Part shown: positions 1 to 9,116 of the stretch, in pieces
Layout: each line of letters begins with the position of its first letter
Position numbering within the stretch: the first letter of the stretch is position 1
From: Vibrio vulnificus CMCP6
GTDB lineage: Bacteria > Pseudomonadota > Gammaproteobacteria > Enterobacterales > Vibrionaceae
Assembly: GCF_000039765.1 (NCBI RefSeq)
Contig: NC_004459.3
Coordinates: 2,301,127 to 2,333,126 of the forward strand
Direction: 5' to 3'
DNA: 32,000 nt
The notes under the pieces: generated by a model
The model's database searches: none
What the model was told of the DNA's origin: nothing
The model's input: only the letters and a program-made list of their open reading frames with translations
Made by a program: the position numbers and the translations under genes

Positions 1-1974
1 GGCATGTCAGGTGAACAGGTGGCTTATTTGCAAACCACGGAGCTGCGTGTTCACTATTTGAAAGGGCATCGGCTCTTTTTGTACCTTATTGGCATTGTGG
101 TGTTGGTTGCGGGCTTGATCGCCTTAGCGACATTTATGCTGTTTAAAAAACGTGTCTCCACTCGATTTGCCGATTTTGAACAAAGTGTCATGCAGTTGTT
201 CTCGAAATATCAGTTGGATGATCTCTCTAATCGACGCACGGATGAACTTGAACGCATTACTCAATTAGTCGAAGTGCTGGCCGAGAATACCTCCTTAACG
301 CAAGATAAGTTGCAGGACACACTGCAAAAATTTGACGCACTCTATCAACATCGCTCAATGGGCATGTTGTTAGTGGTGGACAAAGAAATCATCGACATCA
401 ATCAGGCGGCCTTAGAATTACTCGGTTATCAGAAAGGTGATTTAGTACACCAAGAGCTCAACGTGTTGTGTAAAGTGGACGAGAATCAACCTGAGTGCAA
501 GGTCGATCAAATGTACCAAGCGTTGTCAAATGGGGTCACACAGTTTGAAGCCACGATGCTCACTCGAGAAGGGCAAGAAATTGAATGTTTGATTGATGTG
601 AATCTCATTCATCATGAAAACCAACAAGCACTCATGCTTTCTGTTAGTGACATGAGTGAACAGAAGAAACAAGCGCGAATGATCAAAGATTTGGTTGGTC
701 GAGACCCAGTGTCAGGTTTGTATAATCGCCCGGCTATCCTTGCGCGTTTGGATGACCTTATCCAACATCAGCCTAACCAATTCTCCTTCCTTTATATTTC
801 CATCGACAGATTGAAACAGGTGTCAGAAGTGTATGGTCATCTCATTTTTGATGACACGATTAACTATATTGCTGCGGTGTTTGGGGCGGAGTTAAGGCCG
901 TTTGAAGTGGGCCGGATTAGTGAATTTGAATTTATCGCCATAATTGAAGACGTTGAACAGTGTGATGATGCGATCCAGTGTGCGACTCATTTTATGGATG
1001 TACTTTCGCGTAAAACACACATCTTAGGCATCGAGTTGGACTTGAGCTGTCAGATTGCCATCGCCGATCCTGAAATCACCCACCACTCGCTTGGCTATTT
1101 GTTGCAATCGGGCTCTTTTGCGGTGCAGAGATTCCAGCACAAAGCGGTGACAGAGGTGATACAAATTGGCGCGGATGTAGCGAAGCGGGCGCAAAGTGCT
1201 CTGGTGATCAGCCGAGATATTTCTCAGGCTATTCGAGACAAAGCGATCATTGCTCACTATCAACCGATAGTGGATACAGAAAGTGGCAAGGTCAATGGCT
1301 TTGAAGCCTTAGCACGCTGGATTCACCCAGAGCTGGGGTTTGTTCCGCCAGATGTGTTTATTGAGCTCGCAGAGCAGCACCAATTGATCGTAGAGCTTGG
1401 CGAGTCCATTCTTCGTCAGGCGTGCCAATTTATATCCACGCTTAATCGCACTCGAGCGGACAACGGATTGAACCCTTTAACGGTGCATGTCAATTTGAGT
1501 GCGATGCACTTTTACCACGCGCGCTTGCCAGACGCACTACGTCATGTCATGGACGAGTTTGACATTGCTCCGGGTCAGTTGGTGATTGAGATTACAGAAA
1601 GCACGTTACTTGGCATTGAGTCAGAGACGTTGGAGCGAACCAAAGAGATCAAGTCACTTGGAATTCAACTGGCATTGGATGATTTCGGCACGGGCTATTC
1701 CTCTTTTAGTACGCTTTGTTCCTTCCCACTCGACATCGTGAAACTGGATAAATCGTACATCGATCAGTTGGAGAACAACGATAGAGCGAGAACACTCATT
1801 CGCAGTATCGCGTCCATGGCAAAAGAGCTCGGTTTAACCACCGTAGCCGAAGGCGTGGAAACCGCCAGCCAATTACGTAAACTCAAAATTTGGCACGTAG
1901 ACGAAATCCAAGGCTACTATTTTTATAGGCCCATGCCGGAATCGGAGGCGCTGAAGGCGTTTGATCGACAGTAA
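1..1974 (+). CDS. Membrane sensory protein with HAMP-like linker, PAS, degenerate GGDEF and intact EAL domain; probably truncated at the 5' end by the window edge
   Basis: The frame is open from base 1. TM segment (LFLYLIGIVVLVAGLIALATFMLF), PAS-like region, GGDEF-position motif ISEFE, EAL motifs GFEALARW, LVIEITES, LALDDFGTGYSS and VAEGVET. Confidence 0.93.
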   Translation, partial: GMSGEQVAYLQTTELRVHYLKGHRLFLYLIGIVVLVAGLIALATFMLFKKRVSTRFADFEQSVMQLFSKYQLDDLSNRRTDELERITQLVEVLAENTSLTQDKLQDTLQKFDALYQHRSMGMLLVVDKEIIDINQAALELLGYQKGDLVHQELNVLCKVDENQPECKVDQMYQALSNGVTQFEATMLTREGQEIECLIDVNLIHHENQQALMLSVSDMSEQKKQARMIKDLVGRDPVSGLYNRPAILARLDDLIQHQPNQFSFLYISIDRLKQVSEVYGHLIFDDTINYIAAVFGAELRPFEVGRISEFEFIAIIEDVEQCDDAIQCATHFMDVLSRKTHILGIELDLSCQIAIADPEITHHSLGYLLQSGSFAVQRFQHKAVTEVIQIGADVAKRAQSALVISRDISQAIRDKAIIAHYQPIVDTESGKVNGFEALARWIHPELGFVPPDVFIELAEQHQLIVELGESILRQACQFISTLNRTRADNGLNPLTVHVNLSAMHFYHARLPDALRHVMDEFDIAPGQLVIEITESTLLGIESETLERTKEIKSLGIQLALDDFGTGYSSFSTLCSFPLDIVKLDKSYIDQLENNDRARTLIRSIASMAKELGLTTVAEGVETASQLRKLKIWHVDEIQGYYFYRPMPESEALKAFDRQ

Positions 1975-2132
1975 GCGTTCTGCTTTGGGGTTTATGCAAT
2001 GGGTATCTATGCAATGAGCGTCTAACTGAGGCAGAGGGTTTCCAAAACGGAAAAGACTCTTTCTTGGTTTTTCAATAGTGGAAATTATCAATTAGGGCTA
2101 GACTGCTGAAAACTCTTCAGGATTTCTCTTTT

Positions 2133-3692
2133 ATGAGCAACAGTTTAGCCCTCAATACCGACCGTTTTCGCCAAATTATCAATGATCCGAAACTGACGGT
2201 TAAGCAGAAAAACCAATTTCTCGCATTAGAAGCGGAAGCTTTACTTGATTACATGCCTGTTTCCGATGGCGTGCAGTCTGCGATGAAGCAGGGAGTTATC
2301 TGCGACATGTTTGAGGGCAACGCGCCATTTAAACCGCGCTACGTGTTGCCAGACTATGCTCGTTACCTCTCCCAAGGCAGTGCTTTTCTCGAATTAGACG
2401 CCGCGAACGATTTTGATGACGCCCTCAATATGTTGACGGTGCTTTACCATCACGTTCCTTCCGTCACCAATATTCCGGTGTATCTTGGTCAACTCGATGA
2501 GTTGCTCATGCCCTATGTTGGTCAACTGAGCGATACGCAGATTTATCAGAAGCTCAGACGCTTTTGGATCATGTTGGATCGCACGCTGCCTGATGCATTT
2601 ATGCACGCCAATATTGGACCGAGTGATAACCTCATCTGCCGCACAATTTTGCGTATTGATGCTGAACTCAAGCAAATTGCACCGAATTTAACCTTTATGT
2701 ACGACCCTAAGGTCACGCCGGATGATCTGCTCAGAGTGGCTTGTGCCAACATTTGTGAGTGCAGTAAACCGCATATCGCCAATTACCCTATGCATGCGCA
2801 AACATACGGCGATAAGCAGTTTGGTATCGTCAGTTGTTACAACTCGTTGCCATTGGCCGGTGGTGCAAACACCTTAGTGCGTTTAAACCTTAAAGAAGTG
2901 GCCCAGCGCGCTGAGTCGGTAAGTGATTTTATGCAGGCCGTGTTGCCAAGTTATGTGGATCTCGCCATTGAACTTATTGATGCGCGAACCACGTATTTGC
3001 ATGAACAGTCGGGATTTTTTACTAGCTTCTTGGTTGAAGAAAAACTGATTGATGAACAGCGTTTTGCGCCTATGTTTGGTATTTATGGTATGGCGGAAGC
3101 GGTTGACACGTTACAAACGAAATCGTCGTTATCAGGTCAATATGGGCTCGATTCACAAGCCAATCAGTTGGGTGTAAAGATTTCACAGAGACTGGCTCAA
3201 TTGCTTGAAGAGCGGCCAGTCAAATATGGTTGGCAACAACGCGCACTGCTGCATGCTCAGGGAGGCATTAGCTTAGATATTGATGTGACGCCGGGAGTGA
3301 GAATCGCCTATGGGCATGAGCCCGATCCGGTGAGCTATGTGTTGGCAAACGCGCCGCATCATGCCTTCTATCCATCGGGTATCAGCGATATTTTGACCAT
3401 CGATGAAACGGTCAAAGATAACCCGGAGGCGATGTATAACCTTTGTAAAGGCGCCTTAGCCGCCGGTTACCGAGAGTTTACCGCCAATGTTGCAAGCAAC
3501 GATTTGGTGCGAGTAACGGGTTACATGGTCAAGCTGTCAGACATTGAGAAGTTTGCTCAATTGGGCTCGCGCAGCAACACCACCTTCTTAGGTGCTGAAG
3601 CAGCAAAAAATACCGCAATACTCGCGCGACGTCCGCGTATCGTGAGTATGGAAACAACGCCTGTGTATCAAGAGCAGGCAGAATGTAACTGA
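2133..3692 (+). CDS. yjjI: YjjI-family glycyl radical enzyme (DUF3029 type), substrate unknown
   Basis: C-terminal glycyl radical motif VRVTGYM with Gly463. The next gene is a glycyl-radical activase. Length and architecture fit YjjI. Confidence 0.9.
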   Translation: MSNSLALNTDRFRQIINDPKLTVKQKNQFLALEAEALLDYMPVSDGVQSAMKQGVICDMFEGNAPFKPRYVLPDYARYLSQGSAFLELDAANDFDDALNMLTVLYHHVPSVTNIPVYLGQLDELLMPYVGQLSDTQIYQKLRRFWIMLDRTLPDAFMHANIGPSDNLICRTILRIDAELKQIAPNLTFMYDPKVTPDDLLRVACANICECSKPHIANYPMHAQTYGDKQFGIVSCYNSLPLAGGANTLVRLNLKEVAQRAESVSDFMQAVLPSYVDLAIELIDARTTYLHEQSGFFTSFLVEEKLIDEQRFAPMFGIYGMAEAVDTLQTKSSLSGQYGLDSQANQLGVKISQRLAQLLEERPVKYGWQQRALLHAQGGISLDIDVTPGVRIAYGHEPDPVSYVLANAPHHAFYPSGISDILTIDETVKDNPEAMYNLCKGALAAGYREFTANVASNDLVRVTGYMVKLSDIEKFAQLGSRSNTTFLGAEAAKNTAILARRPRIVSMETTPVYQEQAECN

Positions 3693-3700
3693 ACATCAAA

Positions 3701-4594
3701 ATGTCAGCTGTTCAGTTCAACAAGAAAGGGAAAGTGAGTCGAGTACTGCCTTTCTCTTGCGTTGATGGGCCGGGGAATCGCCTGGTGATTTTTTTGCAGG
3801 GATGTAATTTCAACTGCTTAAACTGTCACAATCCTCACACAATTAACCACTGCAACCATTGTGGTGACTGTGTGACAACGTGTCCTTCAGGCGCCCTAAT
3901 AAAGAAAAACAACAACGTTGTTTGGCTAGAAGAGGTTTGCACCCACTGCGATCGTTGTCTTGAAACTTGTTCGTATCGCTCGAATCCAAAAATAAAAGAG
4001 TGGACGGTTTTAGACATGATCGATTTGATCCGTAAACATCACCTGTTTATCGATGGTGTCACCGTGTCCGGTGGGGAAGCAACCCTACAACTTGGCTTTA
4101 TTGTCGAGTTATTCAAAGCGATAAAACAAGACGTTGAATTGGCACATTTAAGCTGTTTCATCGACAGTAATGGTTCACTAACAACTCATGGCTGGGTAAA
4201 AATTGCCCCCTATCTCGACGGTGCGATGATTGACCTGAAAGCATGGCAATCCGAAACGCATCGTTGGTTAGTGGGTCGAGATAATCATAGAGTCATATTG
4301 TCGATAAAATATCTTGTTGAACTGGGCAAGCTGCATGAAGTTCGTCTGCTGCACATCCCCGAAAAAAGCGATCTCGCGTGTGAAGTGGAGGCGTTAGCTC
4401 AGTTTCTCAATACGTTGCCTGAGCGGGTCACGATTCGCCTCAATGGCTTTGCTCACCACGGTGTGATAGGCGAGGCATTGAACTGGCCTGTTTGTGATAG
4501 AGAGTCGATGAACGGCTTCTATCAGGCGTTGAAACGCAAAATCCGACATCGGATCGCCTTACCGAAAACGCCGCTCTATCGAGACATTGCTTAG
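3701..4594 (+). CDS. yjjW: YjjW-family glycyl radical enzyme activase (radical SAM with ferredoxin insert)
   Basis: CxxxCxxC radical SAM motif in GCNFNCLNCHNP, plus Cys clusters CNHCGDCVTTCP and CTHCDRCLETCS. It starts 8 bp after yjjI. Confidence 0.92.
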   Translation: MSAVQFNKKGKVSRVLPFSCVDGPGNRLVIFLQGCNFNCLNCHNPHTINHCNHCGDCVTTCPSGALIKKNNNVVWLEEVCTHCDRCLETCSYRSNPKIKEWTVLDMIDLIRKHHLFIDGVTVSGGEATLQLGFIVELFKAIKQDVELAHLSCFIDSNGSLTTHGWVKIAPYLDGAMIDLKAWQSETHRWLVGRDNHRVILSIKYLVELGKLHEVRLLHIPEKSDLACEVEALAQFLNTLPERVTIRLNGFAHHGVIGEALNWPVCDRESMNGFYQALKRKIRHRIALPKTPLYRDIA

Positions 4595-4606
4595 TCGTTG
4601 AAACGG

Positions 4607-5524
4607 CTACTTCTCATTGAGTTGATGAAGCTGGCTTTTTAACCAAGTCAGCGCCGGATCATTCAAACTCTGTTTGTTATACACCAAGCTATACGCCACT
4701 TGGCCATAGTCAAACGGCAAGCTCTTCTGAATAAGCCCTTTGGCTTGTAAAGCCGTCTCTGCCCACAGTTTTGAGCAAGTAAAAAGCAATGGGGTACGAT
4801 GGCACATCACTGCCGCCGCGCCAAAATCTGCGACCGAAAGGGCGATCTCACGTGCTTTATGGCTCTGAATCAAGGTTTGCTCGAAGTAGGGTGTCGCCAA
4901 CTCTTTGTCGTGAATGCCAATGTGTTGGAATGACAGGTAATCCTCGATGGTAAAGTCGGTTTGCTGCGCCGGATGTGCCTTATTCATTAAGCAGATCATC
5001 TCGTCGCGTTTGATTGTATGCCAAATCAACTCACGGTTCATGGTTGGAGGCTGGCTAATGTCGTGGGGCAACAGAATAAAATCAACCTGGCCGCGTAGCA
5101 AAGCCTCAAAGCCATGCTGCTCCTTAGCGTATATATGAAGATGCGCTTTGGGGGTTTGTTGGAGGATCTGGCTGAACGTGTCAGCAAACACTTCAAAGGT
5201 ACTTTCACGCATGGAGAGTGAGAAGGTCCCAGTGTATGAGTTTGCGTCAAATGTGCCTTGGTGAATCACCCCGTTCATACTGGAAAGAATGCCGTGAATG
5301 GCAGGACCGATGCTCAGTGCATAAGAGGTGGGGATCAGTTGGGTTCCATCGCGATAAAAGAGTTCATCGTTTAGCACACTGCGTAACTGAGACAAAATCT
5401 TGCTTACACAAGAGGGGGTGACGCAAAGTTGCTCCGCCGCGCTTGTCACGCTGTGAGTGGTTAACAAAACGTGCAAAACGGTTAAATGCTTAAGGCTAAT
5501 TCGAGAAAGAGAAATGTAATCCAT
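4607..5524 (-). CDS. LysR family transcriptional regulator
   Basis: N-terminal HTH (LKHLTVLHVLLTTHSVTSAAEQLCVTPSCVSKILSQLRSVLNDELFYR) and a LysR-like substrate-binding C-terminus. Confidence 0.9.
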   Translation of the reverse strand: MDYISLSRISLKHLTVLHVLLTTHSVTSAAEQLCVTPSCVSKILSQLRSVLNDELFYRDGTQLIPTSYALSIGPAIHGILSSMNGVIHQGTFDANSYTGTFSLSMRESTFEVFADTFSQILQQTPKAHLHIYAKEQHGFEALLRGQVDFILLPHDISQPPTMNRELIWHTIKRDEMICLMNKAHPAQQTDFTIEDYLSFQHIGIHDKELATPYFEQTLIQSHKAREIALSVADFGAAAVMCHRTPLLFTCSKLWAETALQAKGLIQKSLPFDYGQVAYSLVYNKQSLNDPALTWLKSQLHQLNEK

Positions 5525-5615
5525 AAAATGTGTTTCAACTCAGCGTTTCATGGATTACACCACATTTTCATGGGGAAACAAGCGTTGTTGGTGGGAGATG
5601 TTGCCAACAAAAAGA

Positions 5616-5650
5616 AAAACCGTGACTTATTCGCACTAAGTCACGGTTAA
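5616..5650 (-). terminator. Rho-independent terminator downstream of the DUF4382 gene
   Basis: AACCGTGACTTA/TAAGTCACGGTT stem, followed on the minus strand by TTTTTCTTT. Confidence 0.8.
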
Positions 5651-5667
5651 TTCAGCAATGATCCGGT

Positions 5668-6627
5668 TTATGGGGCTGGTACAAAGTCAATTGTGCCATT
5701 TTCTCCTGCTGCTAACGTGATGGTGCCGACTTGCCCTGTGGGTAATGGAATTGCGGTACCATCATATTGAATGGGGTTGTCATCCCCAGCGTTACAACTG
5801 AATGCAACGGTATAAGTCCCTGCATTTAGGAAACCAAATGCGTAGTTATTGTTTTCATCCAAACCTGCCGATGCAATGGGTTTTACCGCGTTTTCTGGGA
5901 CAGGATTCTGACTGTCGAATTCCGGGTCATCTTCATCCACCAAATCGATGAGATTGGCGCTATCGTGTCCCTCACCTTCATAGAGATAGATAAATGCTTG
6001 GCTGTCAGCCGTGCAACTTTCGTCCCCTGTCAGAAGGTTATCATCGACATTCACTGAGATACTCACTGCGGAAGCATTAGAAACAATAGAGACACCATGA
6101 GGCTTAAGAATGTAGCCATTGTTGCTGCCTAAATTGCCGCGCATCACTAAAGACTGGCGAAGGTCAAACTCAATAGTGTAGAGCTGTACGGCCTCAGAAG
6201 TGACATCGAAACTGCCTAACTTCAACTTGTTGCTCGGTTGTTTCAAAGGTTGTTGGCCATTTTCATCAATCACGTAATTGACCCCATTTTCATTCGTCAC
6301 ATGCAGTATCAGCTCTTTATAGCTGCCTACAGGGACCGGTTGCGTGCTGACCATCAATACGGAGTCGGTGCCTTGGTAATCAAGCAAGTCAATTTTTTGG
6401 TAATCCGCGCCAGTAGAAGGTACGACGTCAAGGAAAACAGAGTTGCCTTCGTTATCCACTAACTCAACCTGAGTGAAGCCCACGGAGACGGACTGAGCAC
6501 TGTCAACGGGTGCATCAGACACATAAAAAGAGACATTGGCGGTTTTGCCTCCGTCACTACCACCGCAGCCAGCTAAGAGTAGCGCTGCCGCGACAGAAGA
6601 AATTGCAGATTTAGTTAGTCCATTCAT
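5668..6627 (-). CDS. DUF4382-type lipoprotein
   Basis: Lipobox LLAGC at the N-terminus. ANVSFYVSDAPVDSAQSVSVGFTQVEL resembles DUF4382 N-termini. Confidence 0.75.
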   Translation of the reverse strand: MNGLTKSAISSVAAALLLAGCGGSDGGKTANVSFYVSDAPVDSAQSVSVGFTQVELVDNEGNSVFLDVVPSTGADYQKIDLLDYQGTDSVLMVSTQPVPVGSYKELILHVTNENGVNYVIDENGQQPLKQPSNKLKLGSFDVTSEAVQLYTIEFDLRQSLVMRGNLGSNNGYILKPHGVSIVSNASAVSISVNVDDNLLTGDESCTADSQAFIYLYEGEGHDSANLIDLVDEDDPEFDSQNPVPENAVKPIASAGLDENNNYAFGFLNAGTYTVAFSCNAGDDNPIQYDGTAIPLPTGQVGTITLAAGENGTIDFVPAP

Positions 6628-6852
6628 TACACATATCTCATTACAACTGATGATACTATCAATTATAGTCGTTATTTTTGAACGCGAATGTTCACTGCGT
6701 TAGGCGTGTGCAAGCATTTTGTCAATTTGTATCTTCGAAAATTATTAATTCATTTAATCAATACGATAAAGATATTTGTCTGTCTTCTTCCGCGGTTCAC
6801 CGTTATAAAGCCGAGCGCAAAAATGCGTTTTGAATTGTGCGGAATGAGCTGA

Positions 6853-7455
6853 ATGGAAAAGTTGATAGATGCGCTAATTACCCATGGTTATTACATTTGG
6901 GATGATTTTTTAGACTCGCAGTCCGTCGCGGATTTACGAGAAGCGATACCAGAAAACTGGAAGCAGGCGAGAATTGGCCGCAACGACGACTTGCTGAAAG
7001 CGACGAAGATTCGCAGCGACAAAATTCAATGGTTGCAAAGTCATCAGGGTGAGGCGGTTAATCATTATCTGGCACTCATGGATCACATACGGTTGCAGGT
7101 GAATCGCCATCTGTATTTAGGTTTATTTGAGTATGAAGCTCACTTTGCCAAATATGAGCCCGGAGATTTCTATCAAAAGCACTTAGACAGCTTTCAAGGG
7201 CAAGAAAACCGAAAACTTACGACCGTGTTTTACATGAATGAGGATTGGCAGCCGGGAGATGGCGGTGAATTACATCTGTACGATCTTCAGGACAATTTGT
7301 TAGAAATCATCGCGCCGAAGAGTGGGAGACTGGTTGTTTTTCTCTCGGAGTTGTTCCCCCACGAAGTGCTCACCAGCCATATAAATCGTTACAGTATTGC
7401 AGGGTGGTTTCGCATCAATGGCGTGCGGGACAATCTATTGGATATCTCCAAATAG
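6853..7455 (+). CDS. 2OG-Fe(II) oxygenase (prolyl 4-hydroxylase-like)
   Basis: HxD (KHLDSF), distal His (FPHEVLTSH) and C-terminal Arg motif (RYSIAGWFR). Confidence 0.85.
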   Translation: MEKLIDALITHGYYIWDDFLDSQSVADLREAIPENWKQARIGRNDDLLKATKIRSDKIQWLQSHQGEAVNHYLALMDHIRLQVNRHLYLGLFEYEAHFAKYEPGDFYQKHLDSFQGQENRKLTTVFYMNEDWQPGDGGELHLYDLQDNLLEIIAPKSGRLVVFLSELFPHEVLTSHINRYSIAGWFRINGVRDNLLDISK

Positions 7456-7516
7456 GACATCGGTTACGCTCTGCACTGTGATGTGACCCAGTGTGCAACC
7501 CTGCCTATTTAAAATG

Positions 7517-7540
7517 AAAACCGCCTTTTGGCGGTTTTTT
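7517..7540. terminator. Bidirectional intrinsic terminator between convergent genes
   Basis: AAAACCGCC-TTTT-GGCGGTTTTTT between a + gene ending at 7455 and a - gene ending at 7574. Confidence 0.85.
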
Positions 7541-7573
7541 GTCAAACGATTTTGCTGAAGAGAGCCGAGAAAA

Positions 7574-8842
7574 CTACTCACTGTCTTGAATGGACATTTG
7601 ATAGCAGCCATCTAAGTGACGCTTTAACGTACCAAAAACGGTTGGACACAGTTTGCCTTCATCCACCATTGCCGTCATCAAGGCTTCAATTTCATGTTGG
7701 GGCATTCTTGGACGATAGGGGCGATCTTGTGACAGTGCTTGAAAGACGTCGGCGACGGCAATAATTCTCGACGGCAGATCCAGATCGGTAGCCGTTTTGT
7801 GGTATGGATAACCAGAGCCGTCCAACCTTTCGTGGTGGTTGGATGCCCACTCAGCAATTTTTGAGTTGGGGAAGACTTTATGCAGAGCAAGCTCGGTATC
7901 GATGGTATGCCGTTTGATTCTTGTGTACTCCTGATCATTGAGTTTTCCTTGCTTATGAAGAATGTCATCAGGGGTTTTTAACTTGCCAATGTCGTGCACT
8001 AAGCCGGCAATAAAAATCATCTCTTGGTCATGTTCGCAAAGCGACATTTTTCCAGCGAGGAAGCGTGAGATTTCGGCGACTTTCTGTGAATGCTGATAAG
8101 TAAACGGGCTTTTGGCATCGACAATGCGAGCGAGAAAAAGCCCCAAGCTCATTAAGTCACCGATAGTGAGCTGTTTTTGCAGCCAATCGATATGTGAGAA
8201 GCCGAGTCCAATGGTTTCGATGTTTTCCGATTCCATTGCAAACCAGAAGCCGTCAGTCATGATAAGTTTTACCATCACGTCGCACATTCCAGGATGGAAG
8301 AGGCTACCCGCATTGGCCATGATGGTGTCGGCGATGGCTTGTTCATACAGCGTCACCATATCGCTATGACATTCATCGGTGAATTGAGCCCTTAGAAAAT
8401 CTAGGCGATCAGAAAGATACAAAAGTGCCGCGATGTCTTTGTTAAACGGGGAGACTTCTAAGGTTTCAAGCTCATCCCAACGAGTGTGGTGATACAAAAT
8501 TGACTCAGCAAACTGGGCCAGAATATTACACTGTTGCAAAGATTGATAACCACGAATGCAGTGGGCTTGCGCGTCTTGTGGCATCAGCGTCTCTAGCAGC
8601 ATTAAATGCTCTTTCGTTTCTGAGACGCCACAATCGTGCACCATTCCAGCAAAATAGCTGAACTCCGCTTTTTTTAAATCCCAACCCAGAGCAAGCGCAC
8701 ATTGGTAAGCGATGTAGGCGACACGGTGATTATGGTGAGTGTCATCGACTCCGACATAATCCAACGCACGTGCCACCCAAATCAGAGCCTGTTTGAGGTC
8801 TACTTCAAAATGAAGCGAGTCTGACTCACATGTATTGTTCAT
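7574..8842 (-). CDS. HD-GYP domain phosphodiesterase with an additional N-terminal HD-like module
   Basis: FTYQHSQKVAE, HDIGKLKTPDDIL, NHHERLDGSGYP, and an N-terminal HD-like stretch (HNHRVAY...GMVHDCG). Confidence 0.9.
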   Translation of the reverse strand: MNNTCESDSLHFEVDLKQALIWVARALDYVGVDDTHHNHRVAYIAYQCALALGWDLKKAEFSYFAGMVHDCGVSETKEHLMLLETLMPQDAQAHCIRGYQSLQQCNILAQFAESILYHHTRWDELETLEVSPFNKDIAALLYLSDRLDFLRAQFTDECHSDMVTLYEQAIADTIMANAGSLFHPGMCDVMVKLIMTDGFWFAMESENIETIGLGFSHIDWLQKQLTIGDLMSLGLFLARIVDAKSPFTYQHSQKVAEISRFLAGKMSLCEHDQEMIFIAGLVHDIGKLKTPDDILHKQGKLNDQEYTRIKRHTIDTELALHKVFPNSKIAEWASNHHERLDGSGYPYHKTATDLDLPSRIIAVADVFQALSQDRPYRPRMPQHEIEALMTAMVDEGKLCPTVFGTLKRHLDGCYQMSIQDSE

Positions 8843-8860
8843 TGATGTTCCGACATTACG

Positions 8861-8957
8861 TTATCCCCTTCCTACTTGAAGCGGCGGCAGTGTTGGCTAC
8901 GTTCATGGGGATTCATTCACTTGCCGACTACCTTAAACTCCAAGTGGTTTGGGTATA
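8861..8957. repeat. ERIC-like intergenic palindromic repeat, apparently an internally deleted copy
   Basis: Imperfect terminal inverted ends (TTATCCCCTTCCTACTTGAAG ... CTCCAAGTGGTTTGGGTATA) and an ERIC core-like segment (GTTCATGGGGATTCATTCACTTGCC). Resembles the intergenic repeats recalled from Vibrio genomes. Confidence 0.65.
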
Positions 8958-9116
8958 TTGTTATTAAGTGTTGTTGACTTATTTGTAATAGTTTTCATTT
9001 ATGATACTTGCTTTATATGTAAATTATCATCTTTGAAACAAGCTATTGTTGAGTAATTTGAAGTTGGTGACACTTTTGTTACGTGGTCGGATCTCGTTGC
9101 GCGAAAAATGTCCGTT

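Noticed and set aside
1975-2132. Direct repeat TATGCAATG (twice) and possible FNR site upstream of yjjI
   Set aside because: The repeat is short and occurs once in tandem. No TTGAT-N4-ATCAA site could be found, so no claim of anaerobic regulation is made.
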